DNA from: an uncultured Chloroflexia bacterium
GTDB taxonomy: Bacteria; Chloroflexota; Chloroflexia; QHBQ01; JADMIH01
Assembly: GCA_963797095.1 (NCBI GenBank)
Contig: CAWCNY010000001.1
Coordinates: 256,001 to 320,000, forward strand
Reading direction: 5' to 3'
Length of the DNA: 64,000 bases
This document shows positions 41,309 through 50,834 of the stretch, piece after piece. The notes beneath the pieces are model-generated. The model was given only the letters and a program-made list of their open reading frames with translations. It searched no databases and was not told the origin of the DNA. Each line of letters opens with the position of its first letter. The stretch's first letter is position 1. A program made the position numbers and the translations under genes.

Positions 41309-42355
41309 CTACTCCTTTGTTGTCTCGCGTGTCGTCTCGCGTGTTGTCCTGTGCCCTTCGCCCATGATGCTGGCGGACATTGCCAGCTCAGGCTCGCCGA
41401 TCACAGGGCCCGCTGCGGGCGGGAAGGCCTCGAGCATCGAAGGGGGCATCTCGATGTTGCGATACATGGAGTTGGGCCCTTCCGTGCCTTGCCAGTCGAC
41501 CGGCTCCCAGTCGGGCACGTAGTTGCGGTACCCCAGACTGTTCAGCTCGATGCGCAAACCCCCAGGCTCGCGGAAGTAGAGGTACATCTGCTCGCCGATG
41601 CCGTGCCGCCCGGGTCCGAACTCGATAGGCGTGCCCGCCTCCACGAGAAGGTCGGCGGCGCGAAGCAGGTCCTCCGACTCCTCCATCCAGAAAGCCAGGT
41701 GGTGAAAGCGAGCTGGTACGCCCGAGAAGTCGCCCGCTATGCCTAAGTCGTGCGAGGTCTCGTTGGTGGTTGTAACTGCGAAGACAGCTCTCTGGGGGTC
41801 CGGATCGAAAGGGATGTAGGCCATGACACGGAAACCGAGGACGTCTCGGTTCCACGCCGCCGTGCCACGCACGTCGTTGGCCGCCACTGTAAGGTGATCG
41901 AGTTGACGAGGTGCGATGCCGCGGGCTATGCGCTTTTGCGGGCGGTCGGGGTAGCTCGACCGCTGCTCTGGCGATGCTTTGTAGCGCTCTACTTCCCAGA
42001 ACACCTCCATCGAGTGCCCGTCGTGGCCCCGGAAGCGGTAGGAGCGCCCATGCCCGACCGACCGCTCGATCCACTCTCCTCTGGTGCCGCTGGCCTCGAT
42101 GCCGGCCACCGCTTCCTCCAGCTCCTCCGGGCCGAGGGTGCGCCAGGCACCATGGCCGAGAGCGGGCTGGTCGCCCTGGGTGAGAATCAAGCTGTGCTGA
42201 TAGTAATCGCCCCAGCAGCGCAAGTAAACAGACTGACCTTCCCTGTGGACCTCGTCCAGCCCGACGACATCTTTGAAAAAGGCGACCGATTGCTCGAGCC
42301 TGGGCGTGATAAGCTCCACGTGTGCTATGTGAGCGAGCAAGTGCTTTCGTCCCAT
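41309..42355 (-). CDS. Extradiol ring-cleavage dioxygenase (VOC, catechol 2,3-dioxygenase-like)
   Basis: HIAHVEL, VYLRCWGD, LDHLT, SHDLG, HHLAF, GPGRHGIGEQMYLYFREPGGLRIEL. Confidence 0.9.
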   Translation of the reverse strand: MGRKHLLAHIAHVELITPRLEQSVAFFKDVVGLDEVHREGQSVYLRCWGDYYQHSLILTQGDQPALGHGAWRTLGPEELEEAVAGIEASGTRGEWIERSVGHGRSYRFRGHDGHSMEVFWEVERYKASPEQRSSYPDRPQKRIARGIAPRQLDHLTVAANDVRGTAAWNRDVLGFRVMAYIPFDPDPQRAVFAVTTTNETSHDLGIAGDFSGVPARFHHLAFWMEESEDLLRAADLLVEAGTPIEFGPGRHGIGEQMYLYFREPGGLRIELNSLGYRNYVPDWEPVDWQGTEGPNSMYRNIEMPPSMLEAFPPAAGPVIGEPELAMSASIMGEGHRTTRETTRETTKE

Positions 42356-42376
42356 GTACTTCTCCTCAATACTACT

Positions 42377-42412
42377 CTGCTACCCGTCCCTGCTACCCGT
42401 CCCTGCTACCCG
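42377..42412. repeat. 13-bp tandem repeat CTGCTACCCGTCC (about 2.8 copies) next to the dioxygenase RBS
   Basis: Direct reading. Confidence 0.85.
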
Positions 42413-42680
42413 AGCCCGGCCTGCTCAGAGCACTCCCAGGCACATTGCACCCTACCTTGCCTAGCCAAGTCCAGCCCTCCGCCGTCAGGTTAGGGGCATG
42501 TCCATCTGTCTTGCCGGCACTCTACACGACTAACAGGAGTAAGGACCAAATGAGATGGGCAGAGTATATATCGCCCTTGCGCCGCGGACTACCAAAAAAA
42601 GCTGGGGAAACGACAACTCCCCGGTTGAGCATCTTCTCCCAAAATACAGGTAGTGCTCTCAGCTTGAGCTCGTGGCGGTT

Positions 42681-42803
42681 GTGTCAGCCGGTGGCCGTGT
42701 TAGCGGGTGGGTAGTGTCAGCCGGTGGCCGTGTTAGCGGGTGGGTAGTGTCAGCCGGTGGCCGTGTTAGCGGGTGGGTAGTGTCAGCCGGTGGCCGTGTT
42801 AGC
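42681..42803. repeat. 33-bp tandem repeat (3.7 copies), intergenic
   Basis: GTGTCAGCCGGTGGCCGTGTTAGCGGGTGGGTA at 42681, 42714, 42747, partial at 42780; no spacers. Confidence 0.95.
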
Positions 42804-43149
42804 CGGGCCGTGTCTATTGACAGAGCGCGCGGCGGCCATTCGCGTCGATACATCCACCTTGCAATGCAGTTGGTAGTGTGCAGACAGCTGACAGGTAGCT
42901 GACCACTATGTGCTCAGGCCGATCACCAGCCTCTCGTCGATCTGCAGGCTGGACAGAGCGCCTGAGACCTTGTGCAAGGAGAGCCCAAAGCCCGGAGTCT
43001 TCACAAGAAACGGCGCCTCCTGATCGGCGGAGCCCTGCCGATCAGGAGCGTCGCCAATGGCTGAATGCATCCAGCCTTCATAGCTCGAGAACCACTATGC
43101 GCTACCAGATAGGGAACGCTTGCACAAGAAACCTCAATCCAGGAGAACC

Positions 43150-44184
43150 TTATTTCGCGGCCGGATCGGCTTCGGCCAGTAAGCGCGAACACATCCGGTG
43201 CCAAGCCTGCACTTCCTGCAAGCCAATCGGCTCCTCGGTAAACGCCTGCCCTTCCCACTCAGCCGAGATCGTCCCCATGTAGGCGGTGCGTTTCAGGAGG
43301 GCCATGATCTCCTCGTAAGGTATGGAAGGCTCGTGACCCAACTCGTCCACATGGTAGAACTTGCCGTGAATATGCCGGGCGTAAGGCAGCAACTCCGTCC
43401 ACATCTCCACAGACATGTGGCCGAACATTGTCATCGCCGTGTTCAGCTGGCCCATCACTGCCGGGCCGGCGCCGAGCCTGGCACCTGCCTCATGCAGAGC
43501 ACCAAACTTCTCGGGTATGCTCTTGTCGGTGTACCAGATCTCTTTCACGGCCTGGATCAGTTTCTCAGTCCCCCCTGCGCGTCGCAAGTTGCCCCAGTAG
43601 CCTTCCGGAATCGAGCGCATGCTCGTACTGAAGTCGGGGATGAAGCCGAGGAAAGGGGAGCCGACACGGTCGTACATCTCGCGAAATGCCACCACATCCG
43701 GGTGATCAACTGCAAGAGGCGAGTGCAACTCGCACGCAAGCTGTATGCCATATTTTTCGGCGGTGGGCACCAGCTCCTCCATGACGTCAATTCCAGCGCC
43801 CGGCTGGTAACGGTATACGGGGAAGCCCATTTTGGCGCTGCTGACGATCTGCCGCTTAATGTAGTCCAATCTCTCGTCGTGCGTCATGAGGCGGTCCTTA
43901 CGCCTCCCGATGTCGGAGTTGCCACCCAGGCAGGAAGGGATGAGGCCATTTTTCTCGAGGAGCTCCCGGAAATGGTTCGCGGTCTCGTCCGAGACGTCCG
44001 GGAAGTCGCGGAAGCTCTGGAAGCCCACCACCTCCACCGCCGGGCCGAGGCCAAGCTCGGCTATCTTTGCCAACATCTCCTCCAGGGTGTAGAGTCGCTG
44101 CTGCCATTCGTTGGTCAGGCTGAACAGGGTAGTACCGAGCACCGGCCCACCTGGCCCTTTTGCTTCTTGTTGAGCCATCATCAA
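43150..44184 (-). CDS. C-glycoside deglycosidase alpha subunit 1 (xylose isomerase-like TIM barrel)
   Basis: CELHSP, IPDFS, HIHGKFY, SAEWEG motifs; start overlaps the stop of the beta-subunit gene. Confidence 0.8.
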   Translation of the reverse strand: MMMAQQEAKGPGGPVLGTTLFSLTNEWQQRLYTLEEMLAKIAELGLGPAVEVVGFQSFRDFPDVSDETANHFRELLEKNGLIPSCLGGNSDIGRRKDRLMTHDERLDYIKRQIVSSAKMGFPVYRYQPGAGIDVMEELVPTAEKYGIQLACELHSPLAVDHPDVVAFREMYDRVGSPFLGFIPDFSTSMRSIPEGYWGNLRRAGGTEKLIQAVKEIWYTDKSIPEKFGALHEAGARLGAGPAVMGQLNTAMTMFGHMSVEMWTELLPYARHIHGKFYHVDELGHEPSIPYEEIMALLKRTAYMGTISAEWEGQAFTEEPIGLQEVQAWHRMCSRLLAEADPAAK

Positions 44185-44594
44185 CCTCCACTCGCTTCGC
44201 TTGCGACCTGGGTGGTCGAGTATCTGGTGGGAATGGTTAGGAATAGCCCGGGGCCAACCGCTATATATGGGAAGCGGAGCGCGATTTCCGCCTCAACGGT
44301 ATGCTCCTCTCCCGGCTTGACCTTGCCGGGATCCTGGACGTGCACGTGAGCTGTGTCCTGCACGAACCAGAACTCCTCGACCTTATCTTCCATTTCCTGG
44401 AGGGTGAACTGCTTGCCGTTCACCTCGAAGCGTATCGCTCCGGGGTTGACCGGCTGCCCGTCCAAGCTCAAGGCGACCTTCTCGACGCACGATATCGGCA
44501 AGGAACGATACCAGTTCAGGCGAACCCCAACTTCGTATCCGTCGTTGTTGGCTCGCAGGCTGTTATCTTCTACAATGCGCAAATCTGCTCCCAT
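44181..44594 (-). CDS. C-glycoside deglycosidase beta subunit 1 (DUF6379-like)
   Basis: About 137 aa; VRLNWYRSLPISC..LDG..WFVQD..GEEH..LRFPY. Confidence 0.8.
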   Translation of the reverse strand: MGADLRIVEDNSLRANNDGYEVGVRLNWYRSLPISCVEKVALSLDGQPVNPGAIRFEVNGKQFTLQEMEDKVEEFWFVQDTAHVHVQDPGKVKPGEEHTVEAEIALRFPYIAVGPGLFLTIPTRYSTTQVASEASGG

Positions 44595-44610
44595 GCTTTG
44601 CTTACCTCCT

Positions 44611-45606
44611 TTACTCCGCAAGCAGGCGCGAGCACATATCATTCCAGGCCTTTACTTCCTGGAAGCCGATCGGCTCTTCAGTGAACGCATGCCCTTCCCA
44701 TTCGGCCGAGATCGTGCCCCTATATCCTGTGCTCTTCAGCAGGGCCATAATCGCCGAGTAGTCTATTGAAGGCTCCTGTCCCAGCTCATCGACGTGGTAG
44801 AACTTGCCGTGGCAGTGGCGCGTATATGGCAGCAGGACCGCCCAATCCTCCACCGGCATGCGGCCGTTCATCGAGATCACCGTGTGCAGCCTGCCCTCCA
44901 TCGCTGGGCTAACCCCAAAGCGCTGGAAGATCTCGTGCGCTGCGGCGAACCGCTCCGGCCCGCTGTCGATAGTGCGCCAGACCTCTTTGGTCTGCTCGAT
45001 CAGCTCTTCGGAGACTCCAGCCCGACGGGGGCCTTCCCACTGTCCCTCGGCAATCGACTTCATGCTTGAGCCGAAGTCGGGCACGAAGCCCAGGTAGGGA
45101 GTTTGCAGACGCTCGATAAGCTCCAACAGCCTGACCACGTCGGGCGACCTGGTCGTTTGAGGAGAGTGGACCTCGCACCCGATGTGCACGACCTCACGCT
45201 CGGCCAGAGGCAGTAGTCTCTCGTAGATGTGCGTGGGCAGGTTGGTGACGAGGCGCAGCACCGGAAAACCCATCTTGTGCGCGCTCATAAGCTGCCGCTC
45301 AACGTAGTCGATTATCTCGTCGTCGGTCAGGAAGCGGTCGCGCCACAGACCGTAGTCGAGATTGCCACCGAGCGAGCTTGCTACGAAGCCATATTTGTCC
45401 ATCAGGTCCCGCCAGTGGCCCGCGAACTGGTCCGACACATCGGGGTACTCTCGGAAGCTCTGGAAGCCGACCGCTTCAATCGCGGGTCCCAGCCTTAGCT
45501 CCGCGACTTTGGCCATCATGCTCTCGAGGGTATAGAGTCGCTGCTGCCACTCGTTTGTGAAGGAGTAGATAGAGACGCCAAGAATGGGTCCTTCTGTCTT
45601 CATCAC
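44611..45606 (-). CDS. C-glycoside deglycosidase alpha subunit 2
   Basis: CEVHSP, VPDFG, HCHGKFY, SAEWEG; close paralog of 43150-44184. Confidence 0.8.
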   Translation of the reverse strand: MMKTEGPILGVSIYSFTNEWQQRLYTLESMMAKVAELRLGPAIEAVGFQSFREYPDVSDQFAGHWRDLMDKYGFVASSLGGNLDYGLWRDRFLTDDEIIDYVERQLMSAHKMGFPVLRLVTNLPTHIYERLLPLAEREVVHIGCEVHSPQTTRSPDVVRLLELIERLQTPYLGFVPDFGSSMKSIAEGQWEGPRRAGVSEELIEQTKEVWRTIDSGPERFAAAHEIFQRFGVSPAMEGRLHTVISMNGRMPVEDWAVLLPYTRHCHGKFYHVDELGQEPSIDYSAIMALLKSTGYRGTISAEWEGHAFTEEPIGFQEVKAWNDMCSRLLAE

Positions 45607-46037
45607 TTTACTCCTGTCACGCCTGTCACGCCCGTGACATCTGATGCGACTTGCTTATCTGAGCAGGTGCTGGTCAGCACCAGGCACTTCCCCGGCCCGA
45701 CCACCATGTACGGCCGGCGCATAGCCAGCAGGGCGTCGACCTTGTGCTCCTCACCCGGCTTCACGCTGCCCGGCCGGTGAACCCGCACCCAGAGCGTATC
45801 TTGCACGAACCACTGCTCGTAGATCTTGTCCTCGAGCTCGGCGAAGCTGTAGCGGTGGCCGTTGATCTCGAAGATCATGTCCTTCTTGTCGATCGGCTGC
45901 CCATCAAGGCTGATCTCAAGCTGTTCAAGGCAAGACAGGGGGAGAGAACGGTACCAGTCGAGGCGAAGGCCGATTGCAAACCCGTCGTCCGTCGCCCGCA
46001 AGCTGTTGTCCTCTACGATGCGCATGTCCCAACCCAT
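45603..46037 (-). CDS. C-glycoside deglycosidase beta subunit 2
   Basis: LRLDWYRSLPLSC..WFVQD..PGEEH..RRPY. Confidence 0.8.
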   Translation of the reverse strand: MGWDMRIVEDNSLRATDDGFAIGLRLDWYRSLPLSCLEQLEISLDGQPIDKKDMIFEINGHRYSFAELEDKIYEQWFVQDTLWVRVHRPGSVKPGEEHKVDALLAMRRPYMVVGPGKCLVLTSTCSDKQVASDVTGVTGVTGVK

Positions 46038-46127
46038 AGTCGTTTACCTCCATGTAGCCCGGTTTGCCCCGCCTGGCTCATTTAGAGACAGCTCAGTCTG
46101 CGGGCACCTACTGAGTGGCTGAGCAGA

Positions 46128-47249
46128 CTATCCCAGTCGAATAGTGCGCCCCTCCCGCGAGGACTGGTAAATCGCCAGGATCATCTCCAGGCTCTTGATC
46201 GCCTCCTCACCCTTTATGTCCGGCTGCACCCCCGCCTCCAGACTGGCGTAGAAGTTGTCGATCTGCTGCTTGTGGCTCACACCCCAGTAGCCCCTTGGCG
46301 CTTTCCAGGTCACGGGAATCAGCAGCACTCCCCACTCGTTCAGAGTACGCATGGCTGCCTGGCCGGTGCTCTCGTTGAAAAAGGCCTGGAAGTCCGCCTC
46401 GTTCAGAGTCACCGTCGGGTCGTTGACAACGGTCAGCTCGCGGCCGTTCTTGTAAGTGATAATAGCTTTGTCGAACTCAAGCAGGGCTGTGCCGTGCTCG
46501 CAGTGTGTCTCCACAACCACGGGGGCGTTGTAGCTGAAGTTGTTGGTGGCGAAGAAGACCGACTTCAACCCGTTGCGGTAGGTGATCAGTCCCTCGGCTG
46601 TGTCTTCAGTCTCGATCTCCGGGTGGTTGCGGTTGGCAATAGTGGCTTGGATGCTGGCGATCGGATTGTCCACGAACCAGCGGGCCAGGTCCATCACGTG
46701 TATTGACTGGTCAATCATGAGAGAGCCGCCCTCTTTATCCCAGGTGCCGTGCCAGTCGCTGCGCTTGTAGTAGTCGGCGGGCTTGGTCCACGAGAGGATG
46801 ATGCGCTGCCCCACGATCTTACCCAAGCTTCCATCCGAGATGGCCGCTTTGACGGCCACTGACGCCGAGTTGTAGCGGTTCTGGCTGATGACGCCGAGGG
46901 TGACGTTGTTGCGCCGAGCGGCCTCTACCATGGCCCTTGCATCTTCCATGTTGATGGCCATCGGCTTCTCGGTGAGCACATGCTTGCCGGCATTCATGGC
47001 ATCTATGGCCATGGGCGCGTGCAGGTAGTGTGGGGTCAGGATATGCACAACGTCAATATCGTCCCGCCCTAGCATCTCGTGGTAGTCCTCGTAAGCCTCA
47101 CACCCCAGCAGGGCGGCTGCCGTCTGCCTGGCCTCGAATTTGACGTCACATACCGCCCTCACCTGCACATTGGCGAGCAGGTGCAGCGGGAAGGCGTGCA
47201 TACCGAAGATAGCACCGCAGCCTATAATCCCAACCCCATACGTTTTCAT
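46128..47249 (-). CDS. Gfo/Idh/MocA oxidoreductase
   Basis: GIIGCGAI, GKHVLTEKP, QNRYN, GGSLMIDQSIH, ETEDTA. Confidence 0.9.
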   Translation of the reverse strand: MKTYGVGIIGCGAIFGMHAFPLHLLANVQVRAVCDVKFEARQTAAALLGCEAYEDYHEMLGRDDIDVVHILTPHYLHAPMAIDAMNAGKHVLTEKPMAINMEDARAMVEAARRNNVTLGVISQNRYNSASVAVKAAISDGSLGKIVGQRIILSWTKPADYYKRSDWHGTWDKEGGSLMIDQSIHVMDLARWFVDNPIASIQATIANRNHPEIETEDTAEGLITYRNGLKSVFFATNNFSYNAPVVVETHCEHGTALLEFDKAIITYKNGRELTVVNDPTVTLNEADFQAFFNESTGQAAMRTLNEWGVLLIPVTWKAPRGYWGVSHKQQIDNFYASLEAGVQPDIKGEEAIKSLEMILAIYQSSREGRTIRLG

Positions 47250-48397
47250 CCTACAGTGTCCTCCTGTCTCATATGAACAACATCACCCGTGGCCGCCGAC
47301 GTGTAGATTGCCTCCAGGATCTGAGTGACGGTGTAGGCCTGCTCGGGCTTCACAACCAGCTCGGCCCCCGTCCTGATGCTGTTGAACCATGCCTCCTGCT
47401 CCTTGTACATGCCGGGGAAAAACTCCGGCGGCTGGCCGCTGCCGATGAATGTGCCGCCGAGTGCGTAGTTCTGGATGTACAGTCTGCCGTTGTGTTCGCC
47501 GTTCACCCGCACGTGGAAAGTGCGCTCGCCGCCGAAGTCGGCGGTACGCACCACCGGCCCGGGTGGTGGGTACATGTCCGCCCCCGCCTTCGTGCCGCAC
47601 AGAAGCGTCATAGTCTGGTCTGCCACGATCGTATTCAAAGCCCACGAGGCCTCCAGAATGACGGTAGCACCATTCCTGAACTTGACGAGGCCGAATGCGC
47701 TGTCTTCGACTTCGTAGGTGGCAGGGTTCCATGGGCCGAAACCATTTGCCTGGCTGCCGATCTTGCCAATCTTGTCGAAGGTCGAGCCGAGCACCGTCAC
47801 AGGCTCATAGTTCTGCAGCATCCACAAGGTGATATCCAGTGCGTGTGTGCCCAGGTCGATGAGTGGCCCGCCACCTTGCTTCTCTTTGTCTGTGAACACG
47901 CCGTGAGTAGGCACGCCACGCCTGCGGATCGCAAGGGCCTTGGCGAAGTAGATCTCGCCCAGCTCGCCCCCCTCGCACAACGACTTCATGAACAGAGTAT
48001 CCTCACGGAAGCGGTTCTGGTAGCCGATCGTGAGCAGCTTGCCGCTCGACCTGTAGGCCTCGAGCATCGCTTTGGCCTCGGCCGCGGTCTTGGCCATCGG
48101 TTTCTCGCACAGCACGTGCTTGCCGGCCCTGAGGGCAGCGACCGTGATCTCGGCGTGCGAGTTGTTGGGCGTGCAGACGTGTACCACGTCGACGTCGTCG
48201 CGCGCAACCAACTCCCGATAGTCCTCGTAGACCCCAGCATCGGGGGGACCGTAGCTCTTGGCTGCTGCCTGAGCACGCTCGACGATGATGTCGCAAAAGG
48301 CCACTATCTCCACGTCTGGCTGCCGGGAGATGCTAGGCAGGTGTTTGCGGTTGGCAATACCGCCGCACCCCACGATGCCTATTCTGATCTTGTTCAT
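47246..48397 (-). CDS. Gfo/Idh/MocA oxidoreductase, DgpA-like glycoside 3-dehydrogenase
   Basis: IGIVGCGGIANRKH, VHVCTPNNSH, CEKP, GYQNRFRE, RRRGVPT.GVF.DKEKQGGGPLIDLGTHALD; the pattern resembles DgpA-type enzymes as recalled (not searched). Confidence 0.85.
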   Translation of the reverse strand: MNKIRIGIVGCGGIANRKHLPSISRQPDVEIVAFCDIIVERAQAAAKSYGPPDAGVYEDYRELVARDDVDVVHVCTPNNSHAEITVAALRAGKHVLCEKPMAKTAAEAKAMLEAYRSSGKLLTIGYQNRFREDTLFMKSLCEGGELGEIYFAKALAIRRRGVPTHGVFTDKEKQGGGPLIDLGTHALDITLWMLQNYEPVTVLGSTFDKIGKIGSQANGFGPWNPATYEVEDSAFGLVKFRNGATVILEASWALNTIVADQTMTLLCGTKAGADMYPPPGPVVRTADFGGERTFHVRVNGEHNGRLYIQNYALGGTFIGSGQPPEFFPGMYKEQEAWFNSIRTGAELVVKPEQAYTVTQILEAIYTSAATGDVVHMRQEDTVG

Positions 48398-48487
48398 GTG
48401 CCTATTCCTTTCCAGCTAGGATTGCTTGAGTATGACAATGCCCAGGACAATGCTGCCAGCGTTACTCGGACACGTTGTCCGGGGACC

Positions 48488-48565
48488 TTGACCAGACAGC
48501 ACATTGCTGCTATAATATGCTTACACGTGTAAGCATATTATAGCAGAGGTTCGTTTTTGTGTCAA
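48488..48565. promoter_or_regulatory. Face-to-face sigma70 promoters overlapping a 40-bp perfect palindrome (candidate LacI operator)
   Basis: Plus strand TTGACC-N17-TATAAT (48488-48516); minus strand TTGACA-N17-TATAAT (48565-48537); palindrome CTGCTATAATATGCTTACAC|GTGTAAGCATATTATAGCAG at 48507-48546. Confidence 0.85.
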
Positions 48566-48627
48566 TTGCCTCAAACAACCAAAGTGCCGGACACTCGACC
48601 GGCAAGTCAGCACGTGAGCAACCAGCG

Positions 48628-49743
48628 ATGCAGGACAACCAACACGACCGACAACACGACCGACAACACGACCGACAACACGACCGACAACACGACTGCA
48701 ACTCCAGGCCCGAACCCGAACCTGAGCCCGAAGTGAGGCCGAAGCGCACGGGCCGACCTACCAGGGGCGACGTGGCTCGACTGGCGGAGGTCTCCGGCGC
48801 GACTGTGTCGTACGTGCTCAACGATGTGCCGGATTCCCGCATAAGCGAGGCGACCAAAGAGCGGGTGCGGCAGGCTGCAGCGAAGCTGGGGTACGTCCCT
48901 GACGAGCTGGCAAGCTCATTACGCTCCGGCCGCAATGATCTGGTGCTGCTGCCCTTTTTCGACTGGCCATACAACCAGAGTTCCATCTCCTTCTTGCAGG
49001 AGCTTGCCAGGCAGCTGTCCGGAATGGGTTATTCCGTCATGCTGCGCTTTTTCGGGCAAGAGGAGAAGCGTGCCCTGGCGCGCAGGATCGCCTCGTTTCA
49101 CCCTGCGGGTGTGATCGTTATGTCGGAGGAGCTGTCGCCGGACGACCGCGAAATCCTGGCTCGCAACGGCGTGCAGGCGGTGCTCGTGTATGGGGGAACG
49201 ACGGGGGACCCGGCGCGTACGGTGCCCATAGACTTTACCCATGCCGGAGAGCTCGTCGGGCAGTATCTAGTCGATAAAGGGCACCGCCGCCTGGCAGGGG
49301 TGGTACCGCGCGACCGGCGCATCCTCAGGATAGGTCTGCAGCGGTTCGAGGGGCTGCGGCGAGTAGGCGAGCGGTTGGGCGCGTCAGTTGAGCGCGTTGA
49401 CATGAGCTATGACATCGGTGAGGCGGCCAGGCTCGCTGCCGCATGGCAGCGAGGTCCTCGGCCCAGCGCCGTATTCGCCTATAACGACGAGTACGCCTTC
49501 CTGCTGCTCGCCGCGCTACAGGACGCGGGCCTGCGAGTGCCGGACGACATCGCCCTGGTGGGCTGCGATGACTTGACCTTATGCCTCCTGACCAGGCCGC
49601 GCCTGACGTCCGTGCACACCGGGATACCTGAGCGCATCCAGGCGCTGGTCACATACTTCGATGCGCTGATGCAGAGCCGGACGCCCGAAAAGCCGCCCAG
49701 TTTTGATTTGTCGTTCGACCTGGTGGTCAGGGAGTCGGCATAG
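48628..49743 (+). CDS. LacI-family transcriptional regulator
   Basis: PTRGDVARLAEVSGATVSYVLN..TKERVRQAAAKLGYVP, AVFAYND, VPDDIALVGCDD, PRLTSV, LVVRES; start uncertain (48559, 48628 or 48732). Confidence 0.92.
   Translation: MQDNQHDRQHDRQHDRQHDRQHDCNSRPEPEPEPEVRPKRTGRPTRGDVARLAEVSGATVSYVLNDVPDSRISEATKERVRQAAAKLGYVPDELASSLRSGRNDLVLLPFFDWPYNQSSISFLQELARQLSGMGYSVMLRFFGQEEKRALARRIASFHPAGVIVMSEELSPDDREILARNGVQAVLVYGGTTGDPARTVPIDFTHAGELVGQYLVDKGHRRLAGVVPRDRRILRIGLQRFEGLRRVGERLGASVERVDMSYDIGEAARLAAAWQRGPRPSAVFAYNDEYAFLLLAALQDAGLRVPDDIALVGCDDLTLCLLTRPRLTSVHTGIPERIQALVTYFDALMQSRTPEKPPSFDLSFDLVVRESA
48640..48696 (+). repeat. 12-bp tandem repeat CAACACGACCGA x4.75 (QHDR)n
   Basis: Direct reading; lies N-terminal to the LacI HTH. 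Confidence 0.9.
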
Positions 49744-49754
49744 GCGGGCCGGCT

Positions 49755-50095
49755 CTCGAGCTACAGCTGCTCAAGTTGTTCGTGTAAGGAGATATTTCGT
49801 CTACGCAGACTGCGAAGGCCCTCTAGCGCGCCCGCAGTGAGATTGGGAATGTATTAGTGGGTACCAGCACCAGCAGCACTAGCGCCAGCATCAGCATCAG
49901 CACTGATGCTAAACTGAATGTCGAGCGGTGGTGACCGTGACTACGATCGTGACTATGATCGTGACCGTGGCTATGATCGTGATCGTGACGCAGATCCCCA
50001 TGTTTTTGGGGTATTCTGTCGGCCTGTATGAGTGTATGCTCCCATTGCGGATGAAAACCCCGGACTGTTCGACCAGGGGGTAACCGGGCCGTGTC
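49755..50095 (+). repeat. Degenerate copy of 50683-50962 (small-ORF remnant plus conserved non-coding leader)
   Basis: Colinear matches, e.g. CCGCAGTGAGATTGG, AACTGAATGTCG, TCGTGATCGTGACGCAGA, TGTTTTTGGGGTATTCTG, TGTATGCTCCC, ATGAAAACC, TCGACCAGGG; this ORF copy has stop codons. Confidence 0.85.
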
Positions 50096-50140
50096 AGCCG
50101 TGACAGCAGTTCCTGTTTTGTCAAGCACAAGGAGGACGGA

Positions 50141-50527
50141 ATGAAGCACGTAATAGATCCGGAGGACGTAGAGAAGTGGCCCTTGGAGAAGCACATCGGT
50201 GTCACATCGAAGCTGCTTGCGGACGGCCAGAACATGACCGTGCTCTGGTCGCGCTGGGAGCCGAACGCCAGCGCGCCTGAGCACACCCACCCGCACGAAC
50301 AGATCGGTCTTTGCCTGCAAGGCGAGATCGTCTTCACGATAGACGGGCAAGACCATGTGGTGCGCGCCGGGGAATTCTACCACATCCCTCCTAACGCACC
50401 ACATTCCGAAAGGAACACCAGTGCAGAGCCGGCGGTTCTGACCGATTTCTTCGCGCCAGTCCGCAGCGACCTGCTAGAACGCCGATTCGAGCCAACAATT
50501 GTCGGACCGGATAGCTCAGGGCAGTAA
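50141..50527 (+). CDS. Cupin domain protein
   Basis: PEHTHPHEQ..GEIVF..IPPNAPHS..DFFAPVR; AAGGAGG RBS. Confidence 0.88.
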   Translation: MKHVIDPEDVEKWPLEKHIGVTSKLLADGQNMTVLWSRWEPNASAPEHTHPHEQIGLCLQGEIVFTIDGQDHVVRAGEFYHIPPNAPHSERNTSAEPAVLTDFFAPVRSDLLERRFEPTIVGPDSSGQ

Positions 50528-50597
50528 GGGCCCGCAGATGAAGGGCTCATCAGCTGGGCTATCGGGTGACTCACCAGAGAAAGGGTGAAGAGGAACT

Positions 50598-50834
50598 ATG
50601 ATAGTGAACATCAGGCGGCGCACTTTGGCCGGCGTGCCGGCTACCCTTGAGGTTGAGGAGGACGGATTGCTGACCTTCGCCCTCGAGCTGCAGATGCTCA
50701 AGCTGTACGAGCAAGGAGACATCTCGTCTATGCAGGCTTCGGAGACCCTCCAGCGTGTCCGCAGTGAGATTGGAAAAGTGCTGGGGCCCGCCAGTACAGG
50801 TACGGGTACGGATACGCAACTGAATGTCGGATGA
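50598..50834 (+). CDS. Small protein, possibly UPF0175-like HTH
   Basis: ALELQMLKLYEQGDISSMQASETL resembles the UPF0175 LY..G.IS..A pattern; GAGGA RBS. Confidence 0.4.
   Translation: MIVNIRRRTLAGVPATLEVEEDGLLTFALELQMLKLYEQGDISSMQASETLQRVRSEIGKVLGPASTGTGTDTQLNVG

Noticed and set aside
42681-42803. 33-bp repeats as a CRISPR array
   Set aside because: Units are head-to-tail with no unique spacers, and there are no cas genes in the window
47273-48532. Long antisense ORFs (also 56480-57742, 43198-44349, 4885-5823, 40232-41077)
   Set aside because: Shadow frames of real genes in GC-rich DNA, with no recognisable motifs
49823-50404. His-rich minus-strand ORF (HDHDHSHGH) as a metal-binding protein
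   Set aside because: Arises from tandem-repeat expansion in the duplicated leader and overlaps the cupin antisense
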